A stretch of DNA of 64,000 nucleotides from positions 29,760,001 through 29,824,000 of the forward strand of contig NC_090352.1 of assembly GCF_035084215.1 (NCBI RefSeq). The letters run 5' to 3'. The DNA comes from Heptranchias perlo (taxonomy: Eukaryota). A program made the translations under genes and the position numbers. Each line of letters starts with the position of its first letter. Position 1 is the first letter of the stretch. A model generated the notes under the pieces. That model had not been told where the DNA came from, did no database searches, and saw only the letters and a program-made list of their open reading frames with translations. Below are positions 39,150-53,253 of this stretch, one piece after another.

Positions 39150-39725
39150 AACATAAGAACATAAAAAATAGGAGCAGGAGTAGGCCATATGACCCCTCGA
39201 GCCTGCTCTGCCATTCAATAAGATCATGGCTGATTTTCTACCTCAACTCCACTTCCCCCCACCATCCCCATATCCCTTAATTCCCTTAGTGTTTTGAATA
39301 TACTCAACGACTGAGCATCCACAGCCCTTTGGGGTAGAGAATTACAAAGATTCACAACCCTCTGAGCGAAGAAATCTTTCCTCATCTCGGTCCTAAATGG
39401 CCAACCTCTTATCTTGAGACTATGACTCCTAGTTCTAGACTCTCCAGCCAGGGGAAACAGCCTCTCAGCATCTACCCTGCCAAGCCCTCTAAGAATTTTA
39501 TATGTTTCAATGAGTTCACCTCTCATTCTTCTATACTCCAGAGAGTATAGGCCCATTCTACTCATAGGACAACCTTCTCATCCCAGGAATCAATCTAGTG
39601 AATCTTCGTTGCACCTCCTCTAAGGCAAGTGTATCCTTCCTTAGGTAAGGAGACCAAAACTGTACACAGTATTCCAGGTGTGGTCTCACCAGAGCCCTAT
39701 ATAATTGCAGCAAGACCTCCTTTTA
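39150..39725 (-). mobile_element. CR1 LINE 3' fragment
   Basis: ORF 39224-39565 (LGLYSLE-type, RRMRGELIETYKIL) and CR1 tail. Confidence 0.9.
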
Positions 39726-41784
39726 TATTCCAGGAGGTAATGTGGAAGAATGAAAGAGAGTGGGAAGCATAGGAGAGTGAAATAAAGTGAGAAATGAAGA
39801 AAGAAAGCAAGACCGTCCACAGACCCAAGTTCTGTCCTCACCTCCCCCCACACCCATACATCTGCCAGATCTCCAATCTCCTGAGTTCTCCCAATTCTCC
39901 TTGAATACTCCCTCCCCAGGCATCAGCTGCCTTCCCCCCTTTCCTGTGCTCCCAATCCTCACCCCCCACTCCACAAGTGGTGCCATACCTGATGAGTGGT
40001 TCCAGAGTCCAGCCACCCCAAAGCCCTCTCAGGCCCAGATTGCCACACTACCAAGTGTTCCCAGACCCCAGTGCTTGCACATCCAATTCCACATGTACTG
40101 TCATGCCCTGATGAATGGTGTCAGAGCCCATAACCAGCCCTCCCCCCACCCCCCCACCAACGTCCTCACAGGCCTCAGACTCACGATTGGTCCCAGACCT
40201 CAGCACTCACACACCCATCCCTACAATTGCTCCCAAGTCCCCGTACTTCCTACCAGCCACGTCCTCATTCACCCACTCCCTTGTACAGATCAATCCCATC
40301 CCATGGCTGCTGTCTTCCCCCAGTCACTGACCCTCAACCCCACATTCCCTCTCAACAGCATCTCTCCAACAGCTTCTCCTCACACACACCTCCAGCCCTG
40401 TGTATGTTGCCCCGCATCTTCCTGTGCAACGATGAATAAAGTAATAGGTAGATACTGAGTATCTCTGTAACAAATATGTGTGCGTGCCACACAGAGGCAC
40501 TGGAGATCTAGCCATACAGGGAGTGAGAAAGAGAAATAGAGTGCAAGATAAAGACAGGAAGAGTGACACAAAAAGAATTAGTGAGAAAGAAGCAGAGAAA
40601 CAGTTACAGGAAGCAAGATACTTTTTGAGTATGTGGGCTTTGTGTGACTATGAAATATTTTATCCTCTGTCTCACTGTGAGCAAAGCCATGGGAGATCTG
40701 CTAGTTGTTCCTTTATAACTTTCTGCTTATGAGGTTTGTGAGAGCAGCATGGGGTGTCTTTCTTTCTGATTTCCCCTTCCTTCCCATGGGTGTGTGCCTG
40801 GCCTCTGCTCACCACCCTCCCACGATGACCACAGCTCCAATGGTAACTCATCATGTGTGGAATTGAAAGCAACAACCTGGGGCTGCTGCTCCATCATGCT
40901 GTGCCACCACGTCATCCCCAACTGGGCATATGTTTATTCATTTGCTTGCCCCCAGTATTTTGTTCATTTGAAATTCACTCCTTGAAAAGAATGCCAAAGT
41001 CCACTTTTGCTTGAGAGTAGTTTATTTAATCAACTTGTTTTCACTTCAGAACTTCTTACTGATGATGTGACATAGTTATTGAAACTGTTTTGAATGTCTC
41101 TGGTTATCCTTTGGAGTGAAGGTATACATTTATAATGAAACTGTACATTGTACAATGCCAGAGAAAATAAAATATTTGTGGCTTCTTGAGGGAAATTAAA
41201 GCAGTATGAGGTAAAAAAGAATTAAATTTGCTCATGCAATGAGTGCAATAATGGCGAGGTAGTATTTATTGCCTATCCCTAGTTGCCATGAGGTCACTAA
41301 GGGTCAACCACATAGTGTGGAACTATGTAGGCCAGAGCAGGTAGGTGTGGCAGGTTCCCTTCTCTGAAGGGCACTGAACCAGTTGGGTTTTTCCAACAAT
41401 CTGGTAGCTTTTGCTCATGTTTTCTGGTGCTACAGATTACCAGATTTATTGAACTCAATTTTACAGCTTATCATGGTGGGATTGGAACTCAAGACCATCA
41501 AGTTACTAGTTCAGTACAATAACTACTATAGCAGGGCTGTGGGGAAAGAGCAAGGGAGTGAGACTAATTGTAAAGCTCTTTCAAAGAGCCGGCGCAGGCA
41601 GGATGGGCCGAATGGCCTCCTTCTGTGCTGTACGATTCTATGATATTACCATACCTATATCGAGGTATCGATGGCCTTGAATTTAAAAAAAATTAAGGTG
41701 TTAAATAGTGATTTTTTTGAAAACATGAAATGAAAAATAATCAAAGGGATGTTACATTGCTTGAAAATTTATTAAGAAAATATT

Positions 41785-42542
41785 GGGGCAGATATTGCTC
41801 GGAGCGGTGAACCAACAGTGCTCGCCGTTCCATTGATATGTACTAACCCATTAACTTACCACGCTCTTTTCTTGGGGCACTTCCTCGAATAGGAAGTGGA
41901 GAAGAGCCCAGCGTCAGTTCAAACGAAGCTAGGACCCATGGGAGAAGCAAGAAGATCACTCTCTCCCGTTGACCAATCAGCTGCATTAACTGTCTCTGCA
42001 GGCTTTGAACATTAAAACCAGGAAGTGAAAGGTACAACATTAAAATCTTTGTAAAAACAGTTATAGACAGCGAAAAAAAAGAGGGTAAGAAATATTTGAA
42101 TTAAATAAAAGAGACAGAAGGGAAAAGTTTTTTTAAAAATTAATTTTTTTAAATGACTAAATACTATTAAAATACGGAGTAATGAGACTCCACATTTTTA
42201 AAAGTTAATTTTTAGTTGTTTGGCAGTCATTAAGACTGACTGAGCTGTTAAAACTTAGTCTAGACCTGGTATTTTTAAGTGTACCTGTTTTGTGGCATAA
42301 TTAGTTACTTTCCAGCTGGGCAGATGAGCAAGTTGGCGCTTTTCCAATGATTTTCCTGATTGCAGCGTGTGATAAACCTTTAATTCAAAGCTGTCATATC
42401 GCCAGCGGACCACTAGGAGCAACTTCCGGATTTCCGCATTTCACTGCGCATATGTGAATGCCAGAACTTGATCCTCCATTTCGCCACTAACAACGGTGAG
42501 CAATGTTGAGCTCACAGTTATTTCGCAAGCAATTTCTGCCCC
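41785..42542. mobile_element. Non-autonomous DNA transposon (MITE, Harbinger-like), 758 bp
   Basis: TIR GGGGCAGATATTGCT / AGCAATTTCTGCCCC (14/15), subterminal inverted similarity, 3-bp TSD ATT at 41782-41784 and 42543-42545. Confidence 0.85.
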
Positions 42543-45500
42543 ATTAGTCTAGAAATGATCATTAGTGATGTTAACTGACTAATGCTTAATGTGTTCATAT
42601 GACATTCCTATGGCCGCTATTTGAACCTTCACTTTAAATGGGTTAACATCTCTATGTAAAATAGCATAGAGAGAAATATCATACAATGTATTAAAGGTGT
42701 GTTCATTTGTTGACACTGTCAATAGTAATTTCTAGGCTTATATGTTTTGTAAGTCCTGAGTATCACACCCTGGTGTCAAATATTACAACACATAAACTAT
42801 TAAAAGTTAACCTGTATGAAACACAAGTACATATCTTAATGCAGAAAATTTCATTGATTTGTTGTCTAAGCAATAGTATTAAGCTGTTCCTTACTTAATG
42901 TTCCTTGCATTAAAGGAGGAGGAAGAAATTCTTGGGAGTGCGTCCTGTGAAAACTAAATACCTACCCAAGATTTTTCCATAACTTTTTCTCACTAAAATA
43001 GAGCACTTAAAATAAAAAATCTCCTTGAAAATTGTAGCCAAAAATAAAATTGAATTTTATAATGGGGCACTTTCTATGCTGTGGAGATGGAGAAGATGCA
43101 GAACAGTCCAGCATCATTTTTATAGTGGTAAAGTCATAAACAATAAGACAATAATTCCACACACACCAAGGACTGAACCTGAGACTTCCATTGTCTGTAT
43201 GATAAGCATTACACACTGAAAGGGAGCAAGAAAACAGATGAATAGCAACAAAATAGCATGGAATGCACATTTGACAAGTGCAATAAATACAACGGAGTTA
43301 TGTCAGAATCAACACAAGTGCTGTTTTTGTTGCAGGTTACCAATTCCTGATTTTTTGAAAAAAATGTAATCAATATTTTTAAAGTAATTATTGCTATGTA
43401 GGCTCAGCAAATTCTGGCAGCCTAAGTATATTAATGTGTTTTAAGAAAGTGGAGTAATAATGTATTTTTATATTGTGTGAAGCAAGACTTGGAAGGTCTT
43501 GATGAAGTTCCTTTCTCAGTTGGAGTGTGGCTGTTGATATGTGGAGGCGTACACTGGCGAAGGTTAGTGTGGAACCAGAGAGACAGATTGGGAGGGAGAG
43601 CTGACAGCAGTGATAATGAGACAGTCGGGAAGGAAAAGAGCAGCAAGAAGGCTAGTGACTGACAGCATTTACTTTTTTGATTACTCAGATTCTACTTTAT
43701 GTAAAAATGTCATCTGGCGTGCAAGACCCTTAAATATATTTTAAAAAGTACCGCACAGACCCCCCCCCCAAAAAAAGAAAATACTGCAGACACTTCAATA
43801 AGATTGGGGTTGTGTGTTTTGTCTCCCTTCTTGCTCTGTTCAATCCCTATTACTCAACAAAAAAATGAATGGCTGACAGATGGTGCTGGGGACAAACAAT
43901 AGTAGCAGCTCAGACAGCAATAGATGACAGCTGTGAACTCCCAAGCATAAAATAGTGGGATAATCCCAACACTTGTAGTGTATGATGGTTATATATGATT
44001 ACCTTTTTTTTCTGTAACTTGCTGTCACAAAGTGTCTGGTATTATTGCACCAGTTATATGCTGCTGTAAATTTTCCAGTCCAACATCACTCTTATGCAGT
44101 GTTACTGATGACCTTTTTGTTAAGGGGCGCTCTGAAGAATACTAAAACACACTGGGCGATAGGATATGTGTCTGCAGCTGTGATGTCCCCGTATACAGCT
44201 CCTGTTTCTAATAATGCCACAATGGGCAGTTACAGAGTGGAGGCCAGGCATTTTCCCACAGGAAGAGATGGATAAAATTATATGACTAATAGTTCTATGA
44301 AATAGTTCTATTTTAACAGAGGTCTTTCACTTGCTGCATGGAAGCAAGAAAAGGAGAGTGAACGGCATTGAATCCTATCTCAGTCAATATCACACAGATG
44401 GTCAGGCTGTGGATGGAGGCCCACTGACACATGGAGCAGCATGTTTGCTGAGGGTCACCAATAACAACTAGTCCATACGAATAGCATGTTCTAATGTGTA
44501 TATCCTATCACCTGTATCATTTGCAAACTTCACTCCCCAACAGGTAAAGAACAGCATTGCTGTCACTATCACAAAAAACAACACCACAATCAGTGTTAAG
44601 CAACTCCAGAGATCATATCCTCCCCTCACCTGAAGGTATTGACTTATTAATGGTGGAACTGTGGGATTTTGACCAAGAGTCCATTCTTTATGTGTCACCC
44701 GAAATGATGATTTTCAGCAGATTATTGACCATGGAGAACAGCACATGCAAGCTCAATCCTGATTGCACTTGATGTCCAGTGAAATGCACTTACCAGTAGT
44801 AGTCACTGAATAGCATTCAGGAGCAGGTTCCATTGCTGATTTCACCCTTCCATAGCTCAGGATCATTGAGGCCAATTGTAGCACCCCAACTGTTGTCCTG
44901 ATTGAGATCAGCTAACTCAGCACAGACTGGGGATTGAACCTGACTTTTATGGGCTGTGTGGCTTAGCAGGGCACTTACTCAATAAGCCATCAGGGGAACC
45001 TTTTAAAAACTTTTTCTGTGTGTGATTTGTGTGCTTGTCAAGTTGAGAGATGTGCTGGGAAATGGTTTTCCATTTCCGAAATGCAGTGTCAGTATTAAGC
45101 ACCCCAGACCAGGTTAGATGTTGGATGTGGAGTAAAGCTCCCTCCCCTTTGAATCAGACTTCTCTGATTGAGATTGCAATTATAGTGTCAAAATAGTGGC
45201 TGTTTATATTGAGGGCCTTTGCCTATTACAACAACTTACAGTTTTATCACATTCCTCACATGCTGAAAATCTCAAAGGGTTTTACAGACCAGAGGAAAAA
45301 GTGGACACAGGGTTGGAGGGAAAAAAGGAAAAACAGGAAAGGAGTTGGGCGGAGTGGGGGAGGGTGCGGGGTGGGGAGAGGGGGGAGGAGTAGAGCCAAA
45401 TGTACAGTCAAAGAGGACGGTTCCGAATCAAGACGCCCACCCGTTTCACATAGGGCAAACCTTAGAGTAAACGTTCATCTCATTAGTCTGATCACATTTG

Positions 45501-45719
45501 AACCCAGATGGAATAGGCCAATGTTTAATCCACTGCACGGGCATTGGGTCAGGAACCACACACGATTACAACTGCTCATCTATTATAGCAACAGTAGGGA
45601 TACAACAATGTGAACAATTCTTAAAAATATATATTTCCATACATATTTGCCCATGTCAGTACTTTTTTCTGATCTTAAAGGTGTTTAAAAATGGTTTAAA
45701 CATTTATATAATCATGTGA

Positions 45720-46197
45720 CATATAAATCTAACTCGCACCAAGTCCTGTTCACCCATCACCCCTCTGCTTTCTAACCTACATTGGCTCCCGGTTTGGCAA
45801 AGCTTTGATTTTAAAATTCTCATCCTTGTTTTCAAATCCCTCCATGGCCTCGCTCCTCCCTGTATCTGTTGCCTCCTCCAGCCCTACAACCCTCCGAGTT
45901 CTCTGCACTCCTCCAATTCTGGCCTCTTGCGTATCTCTGATTTTCATGGCTCAGCCATTGGCTTCAGCTGCCTAGGCCCTAGCTCTGGAATGCCCTCCCC
46001 AAACCTCTCCAATCACCTCTCTCTCCTCCTTTAAGACATTTCTTATAATCTACCTCTTTGACCAAGCTTTTGGTCACCTGTCCTAATATCTTCTTATGTG
46101 GCTCGGTGTCAAATTTTGTTTGATAACGTTCCTGGAAAGCACCTTGGGACATTTTACTACGTTAAAGGCGCTATATAAATGCAAGTTGTTGTTGTTG
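45720..46197 (+). mobile_element. L2 LINE 3' fragment
   Basis: Encodes PITPLLSNLHWLP-like L2 motif; tail 'aaaggcgctatataaatgcaagttgttgttgttg'. Confidence 0.85.
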
Positions 46198-47769
46198 CCA
46201 TACCTTACCCACTGAACCAATCAGTTCCCCAGTCAGGGGAGCTTTATGTCCAGGCTAAGCACTACCTAGCATATATTCTAAAAAATAGAAAATGGAAAGT
46301 AGAGATACAAAACACTAAGTTTGGGACAGATACAGAAGCTGAAGAAAATGCTTGGGTTCCCAACCTGGTCTTAGTACTGTTCCTTAAATAATACAAAGTA
46401 CTTTGCAACGTAGAGCATATTCTGTGCCTATGAATGTGATCCTGGGTTAATTTAATTCTGTTGCTTGTAAAGTTTCCTTAGTATTTTGGGGACTATTGAC
46501 AACATTTACTATTAATATTTGTACATTGTGTGCTGAATTTTCTGATCTCAGCCACATTTGCAGTAGGAGCATTAAAGTCAGTTCATAGGTTAGGGATGGA
46601 AAAACCAGCCAGAATTCCCATTCCTGGTCTTTATCCAGTAACCCCTGTTGGAATTTCATAAGTATGAACATTGGATGATGACTTAATTTTGGAACTCTCT
46701 TCCGCAAACGGCAATTGATACTAGCTCAATTGCTAAATTTAAATGTGCGATAGATAGCTTTTTGGCAACCAAAGGTATTAAGGGATTTGGGCCAAAGGCA
46801 GGTATATGGAGCTATATCACAGATCAGCCATGAGCTGATCAAATGGCGGAGCAGGCACGAGGGGCTGAATGGCCTACTCCTGTTTCTATGTTCCTAATTG
46901 GGCTTGGTTGCAATGGTCCTTGTAGTTGAATAGTCTGCTAATACCCACTGTCTTGATCCGCTCATGAAGAATATCCACTTGGGCAGGATACTGGATGGCA
47001 CCTGTCTCGCATGGAACTGAAACCTAGCAACGAGTAAACACTTTCAGAAGGAGAGCAGTAAAGTGTTGGGAAAAGGACAAAAAATAATTTTGTACCTTGG
47101 ATCCAACAATAGCCTGCAAGGAAATCCTGGCTTGTACTCAATGGTCTCAGTGTTTCCAGTTGGGTTATTGGCCTCAGCACCCTTGGGCTTGGGAAGAGGA
47201 AAAAACAGCCAGAATTCCTGCTACTGACCAGTAATCACTGCTGGAAAATGTTCAAATGTGGGCTCTAGGTAAGGACAAAATTTTACTTGGCTACTGGTGC
47301 CTTCTGCAGCTGAACAGCCTGCTGACACTGTTCAGGCTCAGGCATGGTGGTGAGGTAATGCAGCTCCCATAGACCAGTACACCCAGCAAAAGCCAGTGGT
47401 TTCAGGGGAAGATTTTAAAAAAAGAAAACTGGGGGCGAAAAGAAAGAACAAAAACTGCACATTGTGTTTTGTTAAAAAAGGGAGTCATTGTAAGGCAATA
47501 ATCTCTGCTTAGGATTCAGAGAACTCTCAGAAGTGATTAAGCTTTACTTCTGCAATTTATGTCATTAGCTAAACCTCTCATTGTGATAATTGCCCTAATC
47601 AATAATTCTGGATATCCATATTATCTTTATAATAAAGCCAATGGCTGGAAATCTCAGACCATTACAAGGAATGAGATTTGACAAGTAGAATATGAAAGAG
47701 TTTAACATAAAGCTTGTGTTGTTTTGAAAACATGAGACACATAACGAGGGGGCATAGATTTCGTCTATA

Positions 47770-48060
47770 ATGAGGGGGCATAGATTTAAGGTGAGAGAGG
47801 AGAGATACAAAAGTGTCCAGAGGGGAAATTTTTTCACTCAAAGGGCGGTGAGTGTCTGGAACGAGCTGCCAGAGGCAGTAGGAGAGGCGGGTACAATTTT
47901 GTCTTTTAAAAAGCATTTGGACAGTTACATGGGTAAGATGGGTATAGAGGGATATCGGCCAAGTGCAGGCAACTGGGACTAGCTTAGTGGTATAAACTGG
48001 GCGACATGGACATGTTGGGCCGAAGGGCCTGTTTCCATGTTGTAAACTCCTATGATCTAT
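47770..48060 (+). mobile_element. CR1 LINE 3' fragment (different subfamily)
   Basis: ORF 47770-47982 RGHRFKVR...RGNFFTQRAVSVWNELP; tail gggccgaagggcctgtttcc. Confidence 0.88.
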
Positions 48061-48334
48061 GATACATGATAACACCCTACTTTTAAAACAAAAAGTTTCC
48101 AATTTTCTCCTGTCCTCATGTTGAAATACAAGCACCGCCCCTGGGGAGTGTTGCTCTGGCTGCCTGCATCTCTTCTGTGGTCTTGTCCGTGCCTAGGTGG
48201 CCCTGGAGAGGGAGCATAGGGCCTTCCGGAATCAGTGGACACTGCAGGGAATAGAGTGTGTGATAGATACAAATAACAATATTATGAGTTAGATTATAAG
48301 TTTTATTCAAATTAGACTTTATGTTGGAATTATT

Positions 48335-48785
48335 GGCTCATTCTTGCCTTTGAGTCAGAGGTTGTGGGTTCAAGTCCCACTCCAGAAACTGGAGCACATA
48401 ATCTGGGCTGCCACGTTAGTGCAGTACTGAGGGAGAGCTGCAGTGTCGGAGGTGTCGTCTTTCAGATGAGAGGTTAAACCGAAGTCCCATCTGTCTTCGC
48501 AGGTGGACATAAATGATCTTATGACACTATTCGAAGATGAGCAGGGGAGTTGTCCCTTGTGTCCTAGCCAATATTTATACCTCAACCGACATCACTAAAA
48601 AATAAACAGATTATCTGGTCATTATCTCATTGCTGTTTGCAGGACTTTGCTGTGCATAAATTGGCTGCCACATTTCCCTACATTACAACGGTGACTATAC
48701 TTATAAAGTACTTCATTGGCTGTAAAGCGCTTTGGGTCTTTCTGAGGTCGTGCAAAGTGCTATGTAAATGCAAGTTCATTCTTTC
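48335..48785 (+). mobile_element. Near full-length DeuSINE (SacSINE1-like)
   Basis: tRNA-like head with B box 'gggttcaagtccc', Deu domain 'ggaggtgtcgtctttcagatgagaggttaaaccga', L2-like tail. Confidence 0.85.
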
Positions 48786-49145
48786 TTTCTTATTAGTTGT
48801 GCCTCCTCATGAGGGGGCACTTGTACATTTCTTTCTCTGTCGATGACACTGGGGCAATCCAGTGCCATCCTTATTGATCATGTTGAGGGTACAGTTCCGT
48901 AGGTGGCTGCAGCCCTCAATACCTTGCCCAAAGAGCCATTTTTCACATGACTGTGACCAATAATTGTCAGCAAGCAATTTTGCCATGAGAACATCACTGC
49001 AGACCCAATCCTGTTCTGAGATGATGTCTACTAATGTGCACTTTCCAGCAAAGGATAGCAATCAGAAGTGGCAACCCTAGTGGATTTTTCCCCTCCTTAG
49101 CATGGGGTCACTGAGGCCAGTCCAGCACTGTCCACTGTCTGCCCA

Positions 49146-49735
49146 GCAACAACAACTTGCATTTATAGAGCTTTTAACGTAGTAAAACATCCCAAGGGGC
49201 TTCACTGGAATGTTATCAAACAAAATTTGACAACGAGCCACATTAGGTGATATTAGGACAGGTGAGGTCAAAGAGGTAGGTTTTAAGGAGCATCTTAAAG
49301 GAGGAGAGAGGGGTAGAGAGACAGAGAGGTTTAGGGAGGGAATTCCACAGCTTGGGGCTTAAGCAGTTGAAGGCATTGCCGCCAGTGGTGGAGCAATTAA
49401 AATCAGGATGCACATGAGGCCAGAATTGGAGGAGCATAGAGATCTCGGAGGGTGGAAGTAGGTGGTCTTGGTGATGGAGCGAATATATAGTTGGAAGCTC
49501 ATGTCAGGGTCAAATAGGACGTCAAGGTTGCTAATGGTCTGGTTCAGCCTCAGGCAGTGGCCTGGGAGAGGGATGGAGTCGGTGGCTAGCGAACGGAGCT
49601 TGTAGCAAGGACTGAAGACAATGGCTTCAGTCTTCCCAATATTTAGTTGGAGGAAATTTCTGCTCATCCAGTACTGGATGTCAGACAAGCTCTTTGATAA
49701 ATCAGAGACAGTGGAGGTATCGTGAGGGGTAATCA
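49146..49735 (-). mobile_element. L2 LINE 3' fragment with internal deletion
   Basis: ORF 49359-49739 (LSDIQYWMSRNFLQLNIGKTEAIVF), KLWNSLP, same tail as 45720-46197. Confidence 0.88.
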
Positions 49736-50629
49736 GCAAGATCAGTGAAGTCAGAAGGGACTGAAAATCGAATCTGGGATCTTTCTGGCTCAGTACAACA
49801 CCGGGTGGTGCCTTTGCCCTAAGCTGTCAGGAAGCTCGATGTTGGAATCTCATGCAGTGTAAGGCTTATCATGGAATGGTTGCAGCACAGGAGGAGGCCA
49901 TTCTGCCCATCGAGCTCGTGCCAGGCTTCCGATGGCTGAGAGCCCAAGGGCATTAAGAAACAGCCAGTTTTCAATGTATTGGTTACTCACAAGATTGTGG
50001 AACCTGGCAAGCTCCATTTGATTATGTCACACCTTTTATTATAGAATCGGAAAATTCTTCAAGTGCAAATATAATACATAATGCTATTTTTCTACGGAAA
50101 GTAAGATCTACAAATGTGGAAACATTTTCAAAGGTTTATAAAGTTTAATATTCTGAAATGATGCTTCACAAAATGCAGATGAAAATTGCTAAAGGTGCCT
50201 CGTTTTAATCACACGTGAAAATTTTGGGTGCTCATAAAATGCCATCTTCTGGATATGTTTGCCAAACAATTCAATTGTGGTCTAACTAGTGGCATGTTGG
50301 CGTAAAAACTAAATATGGCGTCTTATCAGTTTGGGACTGAGATTCACTCGTTTTGTTTTTTTTTAAAAATAACTCATTTTGCCCTGTCTCACTCGTTTGG
50401 AGCACATCTCTCACTCCTGTGGCAGTGCTTTCATGCTGACAGCTCTGCTCCCTGCTATATCTCAGCCCAGTTTTAAACTACAATATTATTGAAAACATTT
50501 TCCACACTTTAGAAACTCAGCATAGCTCTACACGGATCATTTCAAGCTTCCTGTGTTAAATCAATTCCACTCCACACTATTCCCAGTGAGTAACTTGGTA
50601 GATGATGAGGAGAGGCGGGAGGAGGAACG

Positions 50630-51010
50630 ACTTTAAAACAAACTCCCAGAAAATCGCAATGGGGCTGCCGAGCGCGCGAACCCGCGTGACGTCAAAGCCG
50701 CAACGCTACCCGGAAGTTAACGTATCATTACGCTAGCCTACACAGATACACGCCAAATGAGAGGAGGAGGAGGAGGGGGGGAGAAAGAAAGACACTTTTT
50801 AAGTAAGGGTAAGATGGCATTAAAGTAGCGTAGAACAATCTCAAACACTAGTTTATAACCTCGGCTGTTGGAGAGCTTGGATGAAAGAAGACGACTCTTT
50901 TATTCCCTTCCCCCCCCCCACCCAGTGTAGCCATCCGCTGTGACCGGCACTATTTTCCCGTTGCACTCCTTGGAATGAGTCGAGTCGAGCGGCCGCCATT
51001 TTATTGTGAT
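50630..51010 (+). promoter_or_regulatory. SRSF1 CpG-island promoter
   Basis: CRE TGACGTCA 50687-50694, ETS CCGGAAGT 50710-50717, YY1 CCGCCATTTT 50993-51002, high CpG density. Confidence 0.75.
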
Positions 51011-51246
51011 CTCGGAAAGGGGCGGACGACGGTTGTGAGCGAGACTGAGACTTTGTGGCACATTTCAAATAATCAATTGAGCGCGTTTTATTTTCTTTTT
51101 CTATTATTTAAAAAAAAATCGTGTTTTTAAAAAAAAATTACAAAAAAAAAAGAAAACTGCGTTTAAGTTGCGCAAAACCTCCATCTACACTTTTTTTTTA
51201 ATATATATTTTAAGTCACACCAACCGTCGGGCTGGAGGGTAACGGG

Positions 51247-51443
51247 ATGCAGAACCACAGCGGCGTGATCCGGGGCCCGGCGGGGAACAACGACTGTCGA
51301 ATATACGTAGGCAACCTACCGCCGGACATCCGGACGAAAGATATCGAAGATGTGTTCTACAAGTACGGCAGCATCAGGGACATCGATCTGAAGAACCGCC
51401 GTGGCGGCCCACCCTTCGCCTTCGTCGAGTTTGAAGACCCGAG
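51247..51443 (+). CDS. SRSF1: Serine/arginine-rich splicing factor 1, coding exon 1 (RRM1)
   Basis: [36 protein letters not shown]...FAFVEFEDP; donor CGAG|GTACGG. Confidence 0.97.
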
Positions 51444-52340
51444 GTACGGCCGGCCAGCCTGGCGGGCGGGCGGGCAGGCAGACATCCCTTTCCCCCCCAC
51501 CCCCCGCCCTCTCCCACAGCGCGCGGCGCGCCGCGGCCCGTCTCTCACGCGCTCGGCCACTTTTAGCGCCGTTTCTTCGTGCATGGGGTTCAGCTTTGCT
51601 GGCACCGCGTGTGGGGGCTGCAATCGGTGCAACTTTTAACTTTTTTTGTTTTGGTTGGAAGGTGTGCTGCTTGCTCAGTTTGTTTTTAATTTGCAAAACC
51701 GGTTATTGATTTAGGAGAAGAATTGACCTCTCCGTTCTGAAAAGTAAGTGGCAGATTTTCTGCACGGTTGGGGTTTGGGATAGGTTCGGTTTGCATTGCA
51801 GAGTTTTCTTGTTAAAAGCGCGGCTTCCTCGATGCACTGCAATTTGCAAAGTATAACGTGCATATACTTGTTTTGAGTTTTTGTCTTGAATTTAACCAAC
51901 TGATCGTGTGCATTTATAAAGGCATCTATCTGATCGCCATTTTGCTGCAAAAGGAAACGACGCCACGCAAGCCCTTTGTTTGGCGGGTTTTTGCTGCAGA
52001 TCCGTGTAAGCAGGAGAGGACGGCATGTTTCGGGGGAAAAAAAACTCAATTATACGTGAATTCAGTGACACGCAGATTCAATTTGTGGCTGTGTTGTCAT
52101 TTGATCCGTGTACACGCTGTGATCCTCGACTTTCCAGAACACGTTGTACAACACATGGCGGCCCAAAATATATTCAGTCGATTTCAGTACGCGTCCAAAG
52201 GTCGTATTAACAGCGGAACTTGTGTTATGACGTTAACATTTTGGATATATGCATTGTTTTCCACCCCTTTAAAATCGTTCGATTCTACCACCCATTGTCT
52301 GAATTTCTGTGTGGATTTTAACATTTTCTTGTGCTTTCAG

Positions 52341-52534
52341 AGATGCGGAGGATGCTGTGTATGGTCGAGATGGTTACGATTACGATGGCTACCGTCTGCG
52401 TGTTGAATTTCCACGGAGTGGGCGAGGGACTGGAAGAGGGGGCGGTGGTGGTGGCGGCGGTGGTGGTGGGCAAACACCAAGGGGAAGATACGGGCCCCCC
52501 TCTAGGCGTTCGGAATACAGAGTGGTAGTTTCAG
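52341..52534 (+). CDS. SRSF1: SRSF1 coding exon 2 (end of RRM1, Gly-rich hinge)
   Basis: [29 protein letters not shown]...[13 protein letters not shown]; acceptor tttcag|A, donor TCAG|GTGAGG. Confidence 0.97.
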
Positions 52535-52618
52535 GTGAGGCAAAAAGCGCAATGATGATTTTTTAATGTGATTTTTGAATAACATTTGAAGATCTTAATT
52601 ATAAAATGACCTTTTCAG

Positions 52619-52791
52619 GGCTTCCTCCAAGTGGTAGTTGGCAGGATTTGAAAGATCACATGCGGGAAGCAGGTGATGTATGTTACGCTGATGTTTTCCG
52701 TGATGGAACTGGTGTCGTGGAGTTTGTTCGCAAAGAAGATATGAGCTATGCAGTGCGAAAACTGGATAACACAAAATTCCGATCTCACGAG
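52619..52791 (+). CDS. SRSF1: SRSF1 coding exon 3 (pseudo-RRM2)
   Basis: [26 protein letters not shown]...[11 protein letters not shown]; acceptor ttttcag|GG, donor GAG|GTAGGT. Confidence 0.97.
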
Positions 52792-53253
52792 GTAGGTTAC
52801 CTAATTCTGAAAGCCTTAGAGACGATGACTAAGAGCCATAACTTAACTATTCATTTGGAGCTTCAGGTAAGGCAAAGTGGTCAAGAAAGTGACTGAAAGG
52901 AATGGCTCAAGCAAATTAGTTTCTGTTTATGGCTAATACCTTAAGACACTACCTGAAGGGTGGGTAAAGGTCCATTTGATTTTTAACTTTGTATGGGTGA
53001 ATACACTGTTCTGAGTTTTAAGGTTAAACCACATTTTCTGCCTTAAAGAAGGAAGTTAGTAATTATATTCCAACAATCTTTACTGTACCATATATTGAAA
53101 GAGAAACTATTCTGGTTGAAAATTCACCATTTAGTGACCTAAGGAGGTAAACTTTTTCAGCAGAGAAGAAACTAACGTAGTATTAGCCTTATTCGGTGGC
53201 TTTCCTGAATAACGTTTGAAAGTAGTGAACATTTCTCTTCACGTATTCAATAG

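Noticed and set aside
39787-40458. 223-aa Pro-rich ORF
   Set aside because: Product of C-rich low-complexity sequence, with no domain and a non-ATG start.
51316-52406. Overlapping ORFs around SRSF1 exon 1 and intron 1
   Set aside because: By-products of GC-rich CpG-island or intronic sequence with no recognisable homology.
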